A stretch of DNA of 64,000 nt from the human T2T-CHM13v2.0 reference genome, Homo sapiens. Positions 12,088-24,936 of this stretch are shown piece by piece (the first letter of the stretch is position 1; every line of letters starts with the position of its first letter). Under the pieces are notes generated by a model. It was not told where the DNA came from. It was given only the letters and a program-made list of their open reading frames with translations, and ran no database searches. Where the stretch lies: the NCBI RefSeq assembly GCF_009914755.1, contig NC_060925.1; one strand, written 5' to 3'. The translations under genes and the position numbers were made by a program.

Positions 12088-13219
12088 TTTGTTTGTTTAA
12101 TTGGATTAACTTTACCCAAAAATGGATCAACTATTTTAACATTACTTAGATTCTTAGAAGTGCTATTTTCCCTCCAGACGTCTCCATTGCCTAAATGCCA
12201 TTTTATTCAGTAAAGATGTTACGGCACATTATCCTTTTGTCTTCTGTTTCTTGGTCATTTAATCAGGTTGACTAAATGTTCCCTGAGCTCTCCACCTGTT
12301 GGAGTTATTAACCTCTGTATGCCCTCTAATCCCAAATGGATCCACCAACTACCTCAACCAGCCATGAGCCAAAGTGGAGACTGGGTGTGGCTCCAGCATC
12401 TGGAGAGCTCCCCCAAAGTACGCATAGTTGAAAGAGGGGGAAGAAGGACGCAGAGAAAATTCAAAATGAAGATACCAGAGATTTCCCCCGTTGTCTCAAA
12501 GACTTATGAACGAAGGGAGATAATTGAGCAAAAAGTTCCATTAATAAGGGGCAAGTGGTTATCTGTAGATATATACCTGACATCTAGTAAGCATCTGAGA
12601 AATATTTCATTACTATACTTATTTAGTTATTCTCAAGTTAGGTAGTCACAAACTAGAGGCTATTAGTAAGTGTTTATTTTGCTATCAGGCTCTGGAGATG
12701 CATATAGAGGTATTTTAGTTTCATTACAAAGCATCTTCTGTAAGAAAGTTTATATTCATTTGAGAGAAAAAATATTTTGAGATAAAATTAAAGGATGAAG
12801 ATTAAATAGGGAATTTAATTTTGAATTAAAGTAAGCTCAGCTGTTGCTTAATGTATGGCTTCACTACATTTTTCTTATGTGGGGAAAAGAAAAAGAAAAG
12901 GAAGTAACCACTTATTAAGCACCTATTTAGCATCTGTTGTCAATCAGACATTGCTTGAACCTTTTATGTACCTTATTTAATTTAATATAAAATATATCAT
13001 CTTTTATGCTTCTTAATGTAACATATTAAACTTGATTCTAGATGTTGTGAATCCACATTTTATTTTTACTTAAGAATTTTTTAAAGGACAGAAACTACTA
13101 CACCCTGAAGACTTTCCACACTTTTACGCAATGTGGAGGGTGCTAGTCAATGGTCAGTTATTTTTATCCATGATGTGACTATTACCTCCATCTCTAGCTA
13201 CAGAAAGCAAAACTTTCAT

Positions 13220-14055
13220 TCATAACAGGCAACCAACCTAATAGCAATGAGCACTTACTTCAAGCATTCACATGTAGCTTTTTAACAGTAATTTACCACT
13301 TAAGGGAAATAATTCTTCTTGGAGAGATGACAGACTCCAGGTCTGGGGCAGGAAATGTTCAGGATGAGTGTAGAGTATCTTGTTGCACCAGATACTTAAG
13401 AATCCAGAGACTGCTGAGGTCATGTCGAAAGGACTCAGAGCCAACTTGAAAGGACTTTCACTAGTGACCAGTGGCACATTTCGAAAATCAGAAAGAATAT
13501 TCACAATTAATTGAAACATATTAAGTGTGTTAAAATTCCATGGATTTATAATAATAATACAAGAAAATTGGTAACTTTTACAGAATGCTAGGGGCAGAGC
13601 ACAACCCAACATTCTGAAAACTGTTAAATAAAAGAATCAAGCATTTTTTTTCTGCTTTTCCTTTGCAAGCTGTACTTCAGGCTGTACCAAGTAATTGAAG
13701 AAGGAAATGTTATCCTTTTTGAAGAAGTCCAGTGAATAACTGATGATAACATTTATTATATAATCAGATACATGTTATAAGTGCGCATTGAGAATTTTTC
13801 TTATTTTTTAAGTTGGGATACTGGTATAGTGATTATACATTCTTTTAAGTGTCTTTTACCAACATATACTGATGAGTATGCAGGCAAAATGATGAGATAT
13901 CTGGGATTTGCTTCAAAACAACCCAAGATGGAGAGAAGTAGGTGGGAACTTAGATGAAATAAGATTGCCATATGTTGACGATTATTGAAACTGGGTGATG
14001 GAATTCGTTATGTCTCTACATTTGTGTATGTTGGAAATTTTCCATTATTTAAATT
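13220..14055 (+). mobile_element. L1MC5/L1MC4-like 3' UTR fragment
   Basis: gactccaggtctggggcaggaaatgttcaggatgag...gtcatgtcgaaaggactcagagccaacttgaa; ends tttgtgtatgttggaaattttcca. Confidence 0.8.
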
Positions 14056-15189
14056 TTTCAAAAGTCTTCCTATTCCATAGCATGTATTCATTTGAAATAT
14101 AGGGCATTTGCATTTGCTCCAAAAGGGTGGTTATGTTAGAACAGGAAAAGAATGATCATACTTTTGATTTGCCGATTTTTGTGAGGAGAAAATAGACAAT
14201 ATTCTGCTCAGAGTCAGAAAGAGAAAACTTTATCATAAAATCAATGTAACCTGAGGTTAACATCTCTAATGCCAGCCTCATGGAGATCAGTGTGACTGAA
14301 GTATTACCCTAGTAGTCCTGCATGTGTCTTCTTTCAAAGCAAAAGTCAAATAGTTTCTATCCCCACATTATAGATTATGCTGATTTGCTTGATGCATAAA
14401 TAGGGTATTCAGAGCACATTGCCTGTGTCCATTTCCTGTACTGCCAGATAGTCGTGTTCAGCACTTGCCTCTGCTACTGTCTATCTGCTGCAACTGCAGA
14501 TGTTTCATGTAGCTGACAAGTACTAAATGAGAGGCAATTTTTTTTCCTGCTTTTATTATTTATTCTTTTAAAATGGTAAGCCAAATTTTAAATCCTGAAA
14601 TCGTTTTGAATGTTTTTCTCAAAACAGGCCACTGTCAAACTTTTTTTCCCAAACATGGATTCATTAATTTTGAATCAAATAAAACTGATGAATAAAAACA
14701 ACAAATAATAAACGAAGCACTATTTTTGGCTAGAGGTATAAGTTGCTGCTCCATTTCTTTTGCTGACCATCTGTAGTATGTTATTTGATCATTGCCTCTT
14801 GAGGGTTGATTTTGGTTCAATTAGTTTTCTTCTTTTGTCCTTGACAATGTGCCACCTGGAGAAAAATCTTCCCTGCTCCGAAAAATGCTGATAAATTTAC
14901 ATTATTATACAATTTACAACAACACAAACACATCAGAAAAGCAGCTATGCTAAAGTAATTTAGCAGCTGAGACCATACAGGAGGGTTTCCTTGGGGATAC
15001 GTGGATGTGCCATGATGTTTTCTGGCCACTCCCTTCATCAATAAGGAATCCTTCTGCAGACACTATGGAAAATAAATTAATGACAACTTGATCCCCAACT
15101 TCAATGCCTATCCCCAACCCTCCATAAGATTTAAGTCTGAAGGGTAAGGAGAACTAAACCCACCCTAATGTTATTATATTCCCCTCTGA

Positions 15190-15410
15190 ATAATAGCAGC
15201 TAGTATCGACTACTCCACTTTCCCTATGTGCACATGTAACTAAAGTGCTTTATAAATATTAACACCTTTAATCTTCACAAAAGTCCCATGAGGAAGATAT
15301 TATTCATTATTGCAGGCAGATATGTCATTTAAGGATCTGGCAGTAAGTAAATAAGCTGCCCCAAAGCCTATGAGCCAGACGAATAGAACCAGGATTTGAA
15401 TTGTCCCTGC
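15190..15410 (-). mobile_element. MIR SINE
   Basis: aagtgctttata...tttaatcttcacaaaagtcccatgaggaagatattatt...gaaccaggatttgaa. Confidence 0.7.
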
Positions 15411-18400
15411 CATCCCTTACTTAAAGCAGCCTCTTTGAGGACAAATAGTTTGTTATTATTAGCTAAAAAACAAGGTGTAGTTAAAGCCACAATCAATAAC
15501 CAAATAATAATAATAATAATATAATAAAAACAACATAATTTAAAACTTGATACATCATTATTTACCTTCATGTCTACTTTAATACTTCCTTAAAATAAAT
15601 GATACCATCTTCACATGCATTATACATAGGGGCATTGGTGTGGAAATGAAGGGTTGATTTCAGGATGTATTATCGGATGTTGAACCTAATGACTCTCAGA
15701 TTAATATACAGTGCTACAGATTTTGCTTTATAGCCTACGTTTGAAACTCCATCTCAGGATTTTGCTTCTGAAATTCTTCCAAGATAAATTGCTGACCTTG
15801 CTAATGTTAGTTCCATAACCAGCTATGCCAATACAATTTACCTTTCTGGCATTGCACTGGCAGCATTGTGTTGTTAATGTTTTGTTTTCTCATATATAAT
15901 AAAGTGTAATTAAGTAACTTGTAAAGAATTTGCCTATAAAAATGGCTGCAACTTAAAATATTCACTTAAAATATTCCATTGGGTAATCATAGAAATCGAT
16001 TCTCTACTCTTAGTTTTGCATGAAAGTTCAGTCTTGCTGAAAATGTATGAATATACTTATATAACACATTTATATTTGTATAGAATTACTGCTACTGCAG
16101 AAGTATTTTAAAATAGTTTATTGTTATTGGTTCATTTAAGGGACTTTTCTATCCCCAAAATGAACTCTGGCTAAGTAAGTATACATGTGACTTAATATCA
16201 ACATTTTCTTCATTCATATTACTTCTCTAATATATTACACTAAAGTATAAATAATTACAATGATGTGCCTAAATCTACTTAAAACCATTGGTCATCAGGG
16301 CATATTTATTAGAAGAATTTTCATCCCACATTTTAATAAAATGACCAAATAACTTTTACAATGCAATTATTGCCCTTTATCACCATGAGTAGTGAGTAAA
16401 GCCACTTTGCAATGATCTGTTTTGACAAAATAAATTTTCCAGAGAAAATCTGAGCAAATAATGGAACTTAAAACTAACCACTAAATCTATCCTCAGTCAT
16501 AGAAAGTGCGATAATGTTGGGATGGTTGCCACAAATCATTTAAATTCAGAAAAAATAAACACACAACTAACCCCGTTTAGAGGTGTTCAGATGTTTCAAA
16601 TGCCATTCAGCAAAGTCCTAAGCACATAGTTCAAAACTAAAGCCCTGACTCTTAACTTTGACCTCACTTGCTTTTACAACATCCTCTGCTCCTCAACCTT
16701 AAATTATAACCACTTTCTTCTTGCACATTTGTATCACTGGTTCTTGGCTGCTTAGGGCACTGAGAGTTGACCTAGGGTAGAGCAATGTTTTCCAGAGTTG
16801 GGATGGCATTGTTTGTAATGTTATGCTGCTCTCTGTGTTGTTTTTATTTGTTTCAAGGAGTAGGTGACCCAGAAAACTCTTCGTAAGACATCCTGCCTAG
16901 GAGACAATACTTATGAATTACAAAGTTATCTGTTAAGATATCTGATTAGATCTCAGAGAGTCAACAACTGAAGCAAGCTGATCTTTCAGAACACATACGG
17001 GCAATTAAAAAACAAACAAACAAAAAATGCCCAGAAACCACTGGCAGAAAATATGATTGACTACTTTTGTTTCTTCCTTATAATACCAACCTGGGAATGA
17101 GAATGACAAAAATAACAACAACAACAACAACAAAAAACTGAAATAATTACTTGTGGATGAAGCTTCTTTAATTTATCTAATTGTTTCATTAGCAGCAAGA
17201 ATTAAGAGAACAACTTTAAAAACGAATATGGGGTTTGAGTTCACAATTCCTCCACTATGGCAGGTTTGCAGTGAAACATCAATATGACTAAATTTTCTCT
17301 AATGGTACCTTGTATCTGCATTTTGGTAACAAGCTTTTGGTTCCTTCTCTCACCCAGTCCTCCTCCCTGATAACCCCATGCCCTTCATTCCTTCTCTGAA
17401 GTCATCTATAATTGTAGGATGCACCTCTGTAGAGAATTTGAGAGAAGCTACATTGCTCAGCTCTTCAGCACCAGTGCCCTGTCGGGAGAGCCCTGGCTTG
17501 CAGTCAGTACTGGAGCTTAACAGTCGGGTCATCAGGTGGTTCCAGCCAGCCAAATGGGGATTATTATCCCAAGGCCAGGCTCAGGGGGGGTTTGGGAGTC
17601 CAGGAAGCATGTACAAATGGGAGAATAGAACACATTAATTTCAGGGCAGTCAGAAAACAGTGCTTCCCTAGGAAAGTGTGACTGTCCTCTTGAGTAGATG
17701 CATGTTGTAAATTTGATATTAGAAACATGTCAAATAAATGATTGAACATGAGGAATGAAATGAGAGAGGGACAAAAGCCCAGTCTATACAGACCCATGAC
17801 TTTCTTTTCCCAGATCTTGTGCACTGGGAACAGAAACTTAAAATTAACCATTTGAACACTTTTTCTGCTCCCTCAAGAGGGCTTGTAGAGTGTATTCTGT
17901 TCACTTAGAAAAGCACTGTGTAAATAGCAGATATTATTCAGAGAGTCCTGTATCTATTCCTCTCCATGCATGGTCCTGGAAAAGACAGCTTTCATTTAAG
18001 GTTTGTTTTTGAGGTAGAAGCCTTGGTCACTGCTAAGGCACAGTGCATGCAATATCTCTTCTGAGGTTGCTCCTGGAAGATTTTTGCACCTGCCTCCCCT
18101 TACATCGTCCCTACCTGTTTCCATAGATTTCAATCGTTTTGTTAATGCTCACTACAGGAAGCACCTAAGAACAGAGTTGCTGTTCTGAGCAGATTCTATC
18201 TTGGGACATGATGGGTGGAGAACAGCCAAGAACATTGTAGCAAATAGGTGCCCAGTTGGGCTTTTCAATATTATGTATTTGACAGGGCACAGCAGCACCA
18301 GCATGCATTGGCATTGGAAAAATGCATTGCCCAGTTCTGTTTGAAAGCTCCTGTCATTTCAGAAGCACTTGAAAACGGGCATGCACTGAGTTTTGCTGCT

Positions 18401-19238
18401 GTGCTTGCCGGGGCTATTAATAGGAGCTCAGGACTTACACTTGTATTGCCCTTTTCACAAAAGAAAAAAATCCAAAAGTATTTCTTTTCCAAAACAGTAC
18501 CAATCAAAGCCAACTGCAGCAATCTTTCACCATAACATTGCATAGCTGTTGAAACTTTAGTCAGGTGAGCTAAATCACATTCATTTTCAGGCAAGAAACT
18601 CCCCTTGTGCGTAGAATATTTTAGAGTCCACACTGAATGAAGATGGTGAATACTGAGGTTTCCCACCCACTCTTGGAACTGGCTAACTCAGCTATAATGC
18701 TAATAAGGCTGGGACATTGTATTATTCTGAAGAGTTCAGCATCGTATTATATGCTCAGATAGCCTCAGTCACATGCTGGAGGATTTTTTTTTTAATGTTT
18801 TGCTAGTTTTAAAAACTAAACTAGAAAAATGGGGCATGTCCCAGTCATCTCAGGGAAAATAATGAAAATGATATCAAAAGACTTAGTGTCTGTTTTCTTT
18901 AGCAATCTAATGTTTTCTAAAGATATTGATACATTTGGATTGTTCTTGCACTCTGCTGGCTGATGGGCCCTTCACATCTGGAGGCCAGTTGACTTTGTTC
19001 TTTGTCCTAGTGCTTAAGACACGAACATGAGATGCTTTGCACAGGAGAGGTGTCCAGGGAGATGTGTGTTTGTATGGGGCTTCATCTCTCTCTGGGCATT
19101 AATGGAATGCATATGCTAGCTTTGGAGTCAGAAGAGTGATAGAGAAGGAATAGATTCCAAAAGGGGTGGAGCATGAGGGGATAGTGTAGTAGAGAAGAGT
19201 TACCCTGCTGTGAGATATTTGGGTATCTCTTGCAAGGT

Positions 19239-19290
19239 CACTTCCTGTCATACAACCTTCCACTTCCTGTCATACAACCTTCCACTTCCT
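19239..19290. repeat. Perfect 22-bp tandem duplication (2.4 copies)
   Basis: cacttcctgtcatacaaccttc x2 followed by cacttcct. Confidence 0.95.
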
Positions 19291-19573
19291 ATTGGGCAGA
19301 AATAATACAACGGAATAGGATATACTCTAGTCCAAGAATTTTACAGTTAAAACTGAAGTTAAGAAAACTATTGTCTTTTAATACAACAACTGGAAATTGC
19401 TTCAAAATAATACCGTGAAGTGCTTTGCATAAAATTTGGAAGAAAAATTGTTTCTTTTTTTTTTCTCACTATTGTTTACAGATTTTCAAAGCTGGAAATC
19501 TGAAATTTTGACAAGATGTTCTAGCTTGCTCTGAGGTACCACTGACTACCAAGAAAGTTGACATTGAGGGTGG

Positions 19574-19978
19574 TTTTTTTTTTTCTTTAAGTTCTGGGAT
19601 ACATGTGCAGAACGTGCAGGCTTGTTACATAGGTATACATGTGCCATGGTGGTTTGCTGCACCGATCAACCCATCATCTAGGTTTTAAGCCCTGCATGCA
19701 TTAGGTATTTGTCCTAATGCTCTCCCTCCCCTTGCCCCTCACCCCCTGACAGGCCCAAGTGTGTGATGCTCCCCTCCCTGTGTCCATGTGTTCAAAGAAG
19801 ACATTTATGTGGCCAATAAACATGAAAAAAGCTCATTATCACTGGTCATTAGCGAAATGCAAATCAAAACCATAATGAGATACCATTTCACACCAGTTAG
19901 AAGGGCGATTATTAAAAAGTCAGGAAAAAACAAATGCTGGTGAGGCTGTGGAGAAATAAGAATGCTTTTACACTGTTG
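19574..19978 (-). mobile_element. 5'-inverted (twin-primed) truncated L1PA (L1PA7/8-like)
   Basis: polyT + antisense 3'UTR 19574-19793 joined to sense ORF2-end fragment 19794-19978; TSD gagggtg(g)tttt at 19566 and 19979. Confidence 0.9.
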
Positions 19979-20150
19979 GAGGGTGTTTTTATAAACATGC
20001 ACTGAGGTGAGGGTGAAGGTTAAATTTAGATATTAAATAAATGTATCAATGGTATTTTTTGAATGATTCTCTTAGCTTAATCTCATCATTCCCTGGTATT
20101 TTTTCCTTATGTATTCATATACTAGTCTTCCTAACTCTTTGTCTGTGTTC

Positions 20151-20691
20151 TGTAAGTCTCAGAGGGGAAAGAGCTATCTTTCCCATTGTTAGGTTCATGG
20201 CTAAGGTTCCCATAACAAAAATTAACAGGAGAAAAGCATATGTATTTATTTCATATAAATTTTATATGACATGGGAACCTTCAGAAGAGGAGATTCAAAG
20301 CAGCAGGTAAACTTAGATATTTTTATGTTTTGATCTGGTGAAGATACTCATGGAGAAATATGGTTAGAGGACAAAAAAAGCATAATCTAATAGTAATAAA
20401 CTTGGGAGAACTTAGCAAAGCCTGTTTGTTCAGATTCTTCTCTGTGTCCCTGTGTCTTCAAAGATAGGGATATTCCTGGCGTTCCTGAATACTTCCAGGT
20501 ATAGGGTGGACATTTCTCACATGAGGGTCTTATGACCTTCTTCAAGGAAGGTTAGGGCATCCTTTCTAGGTTTTGATGGCCTGCTTCAGGGGAACAGGGC
20601 AGGAGAAGGTCAGAGAGTGACTTTCTGCTTCTGCTATGTTCTCAGATGCCAAGGTGCCATATGTTAGGGTAGACTGTCCTAAACCCCATCA
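20151..20691 (-). mobile_element. ERV1 solo LTR, MER31-like
   Basis: tg...ca ends; right end gccaaggtgccatatgttagggtagactgtcctaaaccccatca resembles the reverse complement of the MER31 5' end. Confidence 0.75.
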
Positions 20692-21332
20692 ACCCTCATA
20701 TACTTTTCATAAGGCATGTGACTTTGAACAAATAAATGAAAGGATTTCCACCACTGAAGTCAGTCAAATGTTGGTTGAATTCAATCAGCTAAAGCCTTTT
20801 GTTTTTTTTATAACATGCACCCACACTACACACATATGTACCATGCACTTATATGCAAAAAAACCCACGTCTTATATTTATATGTAAACATAATCAGAAG
20901 CTATATTTAGCTTCACAAGGACAGAGTTTATGAGAGCTGCGGTGGATTAAAAGAAAGTAAGATATTCTTTTAAAAATGAATCTGATTTTATTTTGTCCAT
21001 CAACCTCATTTCTACCTATCCATCAAACATTGTCTGCAAGAGGTAAAGTCAGCCCCATGCATCGTATAGTTCCAGCTTCTACTCATCTCTTGATTCTCTT
21101 CCTCCCGTTACTGTCCTCTCAGTCCCCTTTGTGGTGACCAAAGCCTTTTCACACTGCAGGAAAAGCAATGTTACAATTCTTGCCTTATCTCTGCAGCATG
21201 CATACGTTTTTTTTTTCCTTCTCTGTTCCTATAGCTTTGGATAAACTTGATACAAAGTCAATTTTATAATAAAAGGACATATTTATGTTAGAAAATATTT
21301 TTGTCATTGACTACATAAATTATTTGAAGAGC

Positions 21333-21807
21333 TGCTATCTCAGTTATCTATTACTATAAAACAAACCACACCAAAATGTAGTGACTTAAAGCAGTAACCA
21401 TTGCTCGTATTTCTTCAGTTTGGGATAGTCTCAGCTAAGTAGGTCTTCTGCTGGTCTGGCCTGGAGTCACTCCTATGAGCACAGTCACTTGGAGGTTCAA
21501 CCGGAGCCAGATGGCCTAAGATTGTTTCATTCACAAGTAGGGTGGCTAGCAGGACTCTCTGCGGGTGTTTACATTCTCCTCTATATGGCCAATCCAGCAA
21601 AACAGTTGGGTTTCTTATGATGGTCTTACCAGTCCAAGATGGAGAGAGTGGAGGCAGCAGTCCTCTGAAGTCACAAATGTCATGCTCTTCCCATCCTACT
21701 GTAGGTCAAGGCAAGTCACACCGCCAGCCCCACTCAAGGGGTGAGGAAACAGGCTTGCGTAACAGGAAGAGCAGCAAACAAGTTGGGAACATGTTTAATT
21801 TATCACA
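21333..21807 (-). mobile_element. MaLR solo LTR (MLT1F/G/H-like)
   Basis: ctataaaacaaaccacaccaaaatgtagtgacttaaagcag...ctcagctaagtaggtcttctgctgg...ggtcaaggcaagtcaca. Confidence 0.8.
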
Positions 21808-22584
21808 ACCATCCTAAGTTCTGTGGAATTCATTTAATTAGTAGTAAAGATGCAAATAAGAGAAATAACAATTGCATGTTGCAAGTCTGAAAACTGGGAA
21901 AACAAGAGCCTGGTGTCATTTAAAAATCTCTAACAAGATTCACTCAGAAACCATGACCTCGTGATAGCTGAAATGAAACCACAAAAATATTTCTGTTTTC
22001 CATTTTACTTATACTTACTGACATCTGTCGCCATCTAATCTTCATCTACTGAAGATAGGTCTTTTTGGACAGCTACCAGGTTTATAATTTATTGTCAGGG
22101 GAATCATGTCAGAATATGTTCAGTGGCTCATAATATTTAATGAAGCAGTGACTCGGAGCCCAAAGTAAAACTACTCAGGGGAAAAAAAAGAAGTCTTCTA
22201 TTTAAATATTAACTCTGATAATTGTTTAGGCAATGAGGATACCTTTATTTTACTACTCATTTTATTTATAACTTAAACCCAAAATTGAAATGAGTTTTCA
22301 AAGGAAACAGATTATTTTTGACATTAGCAACAAGGGGCCAATGAATGCCATTCATCATTACTTTTTATTGTATTTTAGATATTTTTCAGTTCATCACTTT
22401 ACTTGTTGGTCTTCTCCATTGTCTAATATGTACTCTCTCAGACAAGGGACATGTCTTATTTGAATTTTAATTCCCAATGTCTCACACAGTGCTCAATTCA
22501 TGCTCCTTAATAGTAGAACAATAGATACAGGTGGCTCAGTGTTAATGGAGGTGGCCTGAGCATGAGAGTCCTGGGAGCTAGTTC

Positions 22585-22805
22585 TAATAATAGTAGCAGC
22601 TGACATGGATTGAGCACTTAACATGTGCCAGGAGTCTTGCGGGCACTTTACACATACATCCCACCCAACCTTCCAGATGAGTATTTCAGTTCTTCCACTT
22701 CACATACGAGCAAACCAAGGGAGAGGAGCTTGTGCCATATGTCTGGGGTCACAGATCCAGTATGTGTGAATTACAGCCCAGATCCAAACCAAACCATCAA
22801 CCACT
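22585..22805 (-). mobile_element. MIR SINE
   Basis: aataatagtagcagctgacatggattgagcacttaacatgtgccagg...ggtcacag. Confidence 0.75.
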
Positions 22806-22868
22806 AGGTTTCACTCCTTTTTCAAGCTGGTCAAAACTAATAACTCAGTTTCTCCTTGCCTCAGTGAT

Positions 22869-23222
22869 CTTCTTTTTCTTTTTCTTTTTCTTTTTTTTTT
22901 CTTTTTTTTTTTTTTTTTTTTTTGAGGCAGGGTCTCATTCTGTCACCCAGACTAGAGTGCAGCAGTGCGATCATAGCTCACTGCAGCCTTGAACTCCTGC
23001 TCAAGTGATCCTCCCACTTCAGTCTTCCAAACAGCTAGGACGGACTACAGGTGCACACCACCATGCCCGGCTAATTTTTTTTTTAAGTTTTTTTTTTTTT
23101 TTGGTAGAGACAGGGTCTTGCTATGTTGCTCAGACTGGTCTCAAACTCTTGGTCTCAAGAAATCCTTCCACCTAGGCCTCCCAAAGCATTGGGATTATAG
23201 GTATGAGCCACTGTGTCCAGCC
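22869..23222 (-). mobile_element. AluJ with long T-rich tail
   Basis: gatcatagctcactgcagccttgaactcct, cttgctatgttgc J-type features; ~55-nt tail. Confidence 0.92.
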
Positions 23223-23257
23223 AGTGACTTCCATTTTAATGGCAAAATTAATAACTA

Positions 23258-24380
23258 CTTCATTCAACATGTATTCATTGAACCACCGTGTGTCTTAGGA
23301 ACTATTAATATTTTAGTTTCTTAGGCCCTTAGGTTTCAGAGATGAACAAAAGTGATGTAGTTCCTGACATTATTCAGGTCACATTCTAGTCAGGGGAATG
23401 GATACAAAAAGAAGTAAAATATGTAGTGTACAAGTAGGTGATAAATATTCTAGGGGAAAAATACAAAAAGGGAAAGTGTGTGGAATGGGGTGGTGATGGG
23501 GGAATAGCAGATTGCAATTTTAGGTAGGAATTTCAGGGAAAGCCTCACTGAGAGGTGATGGTTGAGCAACAACCTGGAGAAGTTGAGGGAGCGGCCGGTG
23601 GCTATGGGGGAGGGACCTTTCAGGTAAGGGACCAGCAGGTGCACATGCCCTGAGACAGGCATGTGAACGGCTTGTTCCCAAAAAGCACTCAGGTCAGCCG
23701 GGCAGGGCAGCAAGCTAGGGGATGTTCACTGAGACTGGGAAGACGAGAGGACAGGTTGGGAGGGAAAGGTATATTTTAGAGATTTTCATTTTACGTGCTC
23801 ATTGAATATCCACGGGGAGATGTTGAGGAGGCACATAGGTAGATGTAAGAGTCAGTAATGATGCCTGGAAGACATCTGGGCTGGTAAATACCCATGGAAG
23901 TCATTGGTCCCTACTGAGTGTTTAAAGCTGCAGCAGCTCAGAGAGGGAAGAGAATAACAGACTTTTGGGGAGTTGTCCATGAAGAGATGATCCATTGGGG
24001 TGGGATCCTGAGCCTTGCATGAGAAGGTCAAGAAGCAGAAATTGAGGAGGAAGACAGTGCAGGCGAAGGGACTGGCTTAGTGCAAGGACATGGAGCAAGG
24101 GGTGGTTTGGAATGATAAGGGGACAGGGAGGAGTCAGATGTGGCATTTCAGGACATGACATGGAGAGGCAAGAAAGGGAGTGGGAGGAAGTGGTGATGAG
24201 GTCAGAGAAACAGACTGGAGAGCCAGATTGCTAACGTCTTTCTGTGACATGCTAAGGAATTTAATATTTGTTCTGCAACCACATGGGAGACATTGAAGGT
24301 TTTTAAGAAGGAAAGTGACATGATCAGATGCATCATTTAGAAAAATAACTGGCAGCATCGTGAAGGTTAAATTGAAGAAG
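23258..24380 (-). mobile_element. L2 LINE fragments (probably two copies)
   Basis: ttcattcaacatgtattcattg tail; cagggaaagcctcactgagaggtga; gaaggtttttaagaaggaaagtgacatgatcagat. Confidence 0.8.
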
Positions 24381-24597
24381 ATAAAAAACTTAAGTCATAT
24401 ACATAATAACTTTCAACAAAGTTGAATATCCATGGGGAGATGTTGAGGAGGTACACAGGTAGACGTGTACCTACCTGTTGAAAGTTGAAAGTGATGGTCA
24501 CGCGGTATGCAAGTCAAAAGCTATGGAAAGGTTGTATGCACCTTTTCCTGTCAAAAAAAAAAAATTTCCAAAGGGACCAATAGTGGCCTTTGTTTAA

Positions 24598-24936
24598 TGT
24601 TACTTTTTCTTTTTTTATTATTATACTTTAAGTTCTGGGGTACATGTGCAGAGCGTGCAGGTTTGTTCCATAAGTATACACATGCCATGATGGCTTGCTG
24701 CACCCATCAACCTGTCATCTACATTAGGTATTTCTCCTAATGCTGTCCGTCTCCTACCCGCCCCCACCACCCTTTAGAAGTAGATTATAATTTTAGAAGG
24801 AAAGTTTTCAAGATAAGAGAGTTCTTCAAGGCAAAGATGTTAGCCATATCATATTATGCTCTATCAAAAATTAGAAGTAAAAGTAACATTAGACACTTCT
24901 CAAAAGAAGACATTTATGCAGCTGTTACTTTTTCTT
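24598..24936 (-). mobile_element. Complex truncated L1PA insertion with internal inverted target-flank copy and 32-bp inverted L1 fragment
   Basis: TSD tgttactttttctt at 24598-24611 and 24923-24936; L1 3'UTR antisense 24612-24770; L1 sense agacacttctcaaaagaagacatttatgcagc 24891-24922. Confidence 0.92.

Noticed and set aside
24408-24486. Novel MITE with 11-bp TIRs
   Set aside because: No clear TSD and the interior is a local L2 copy; a repair scar is more parsimonious
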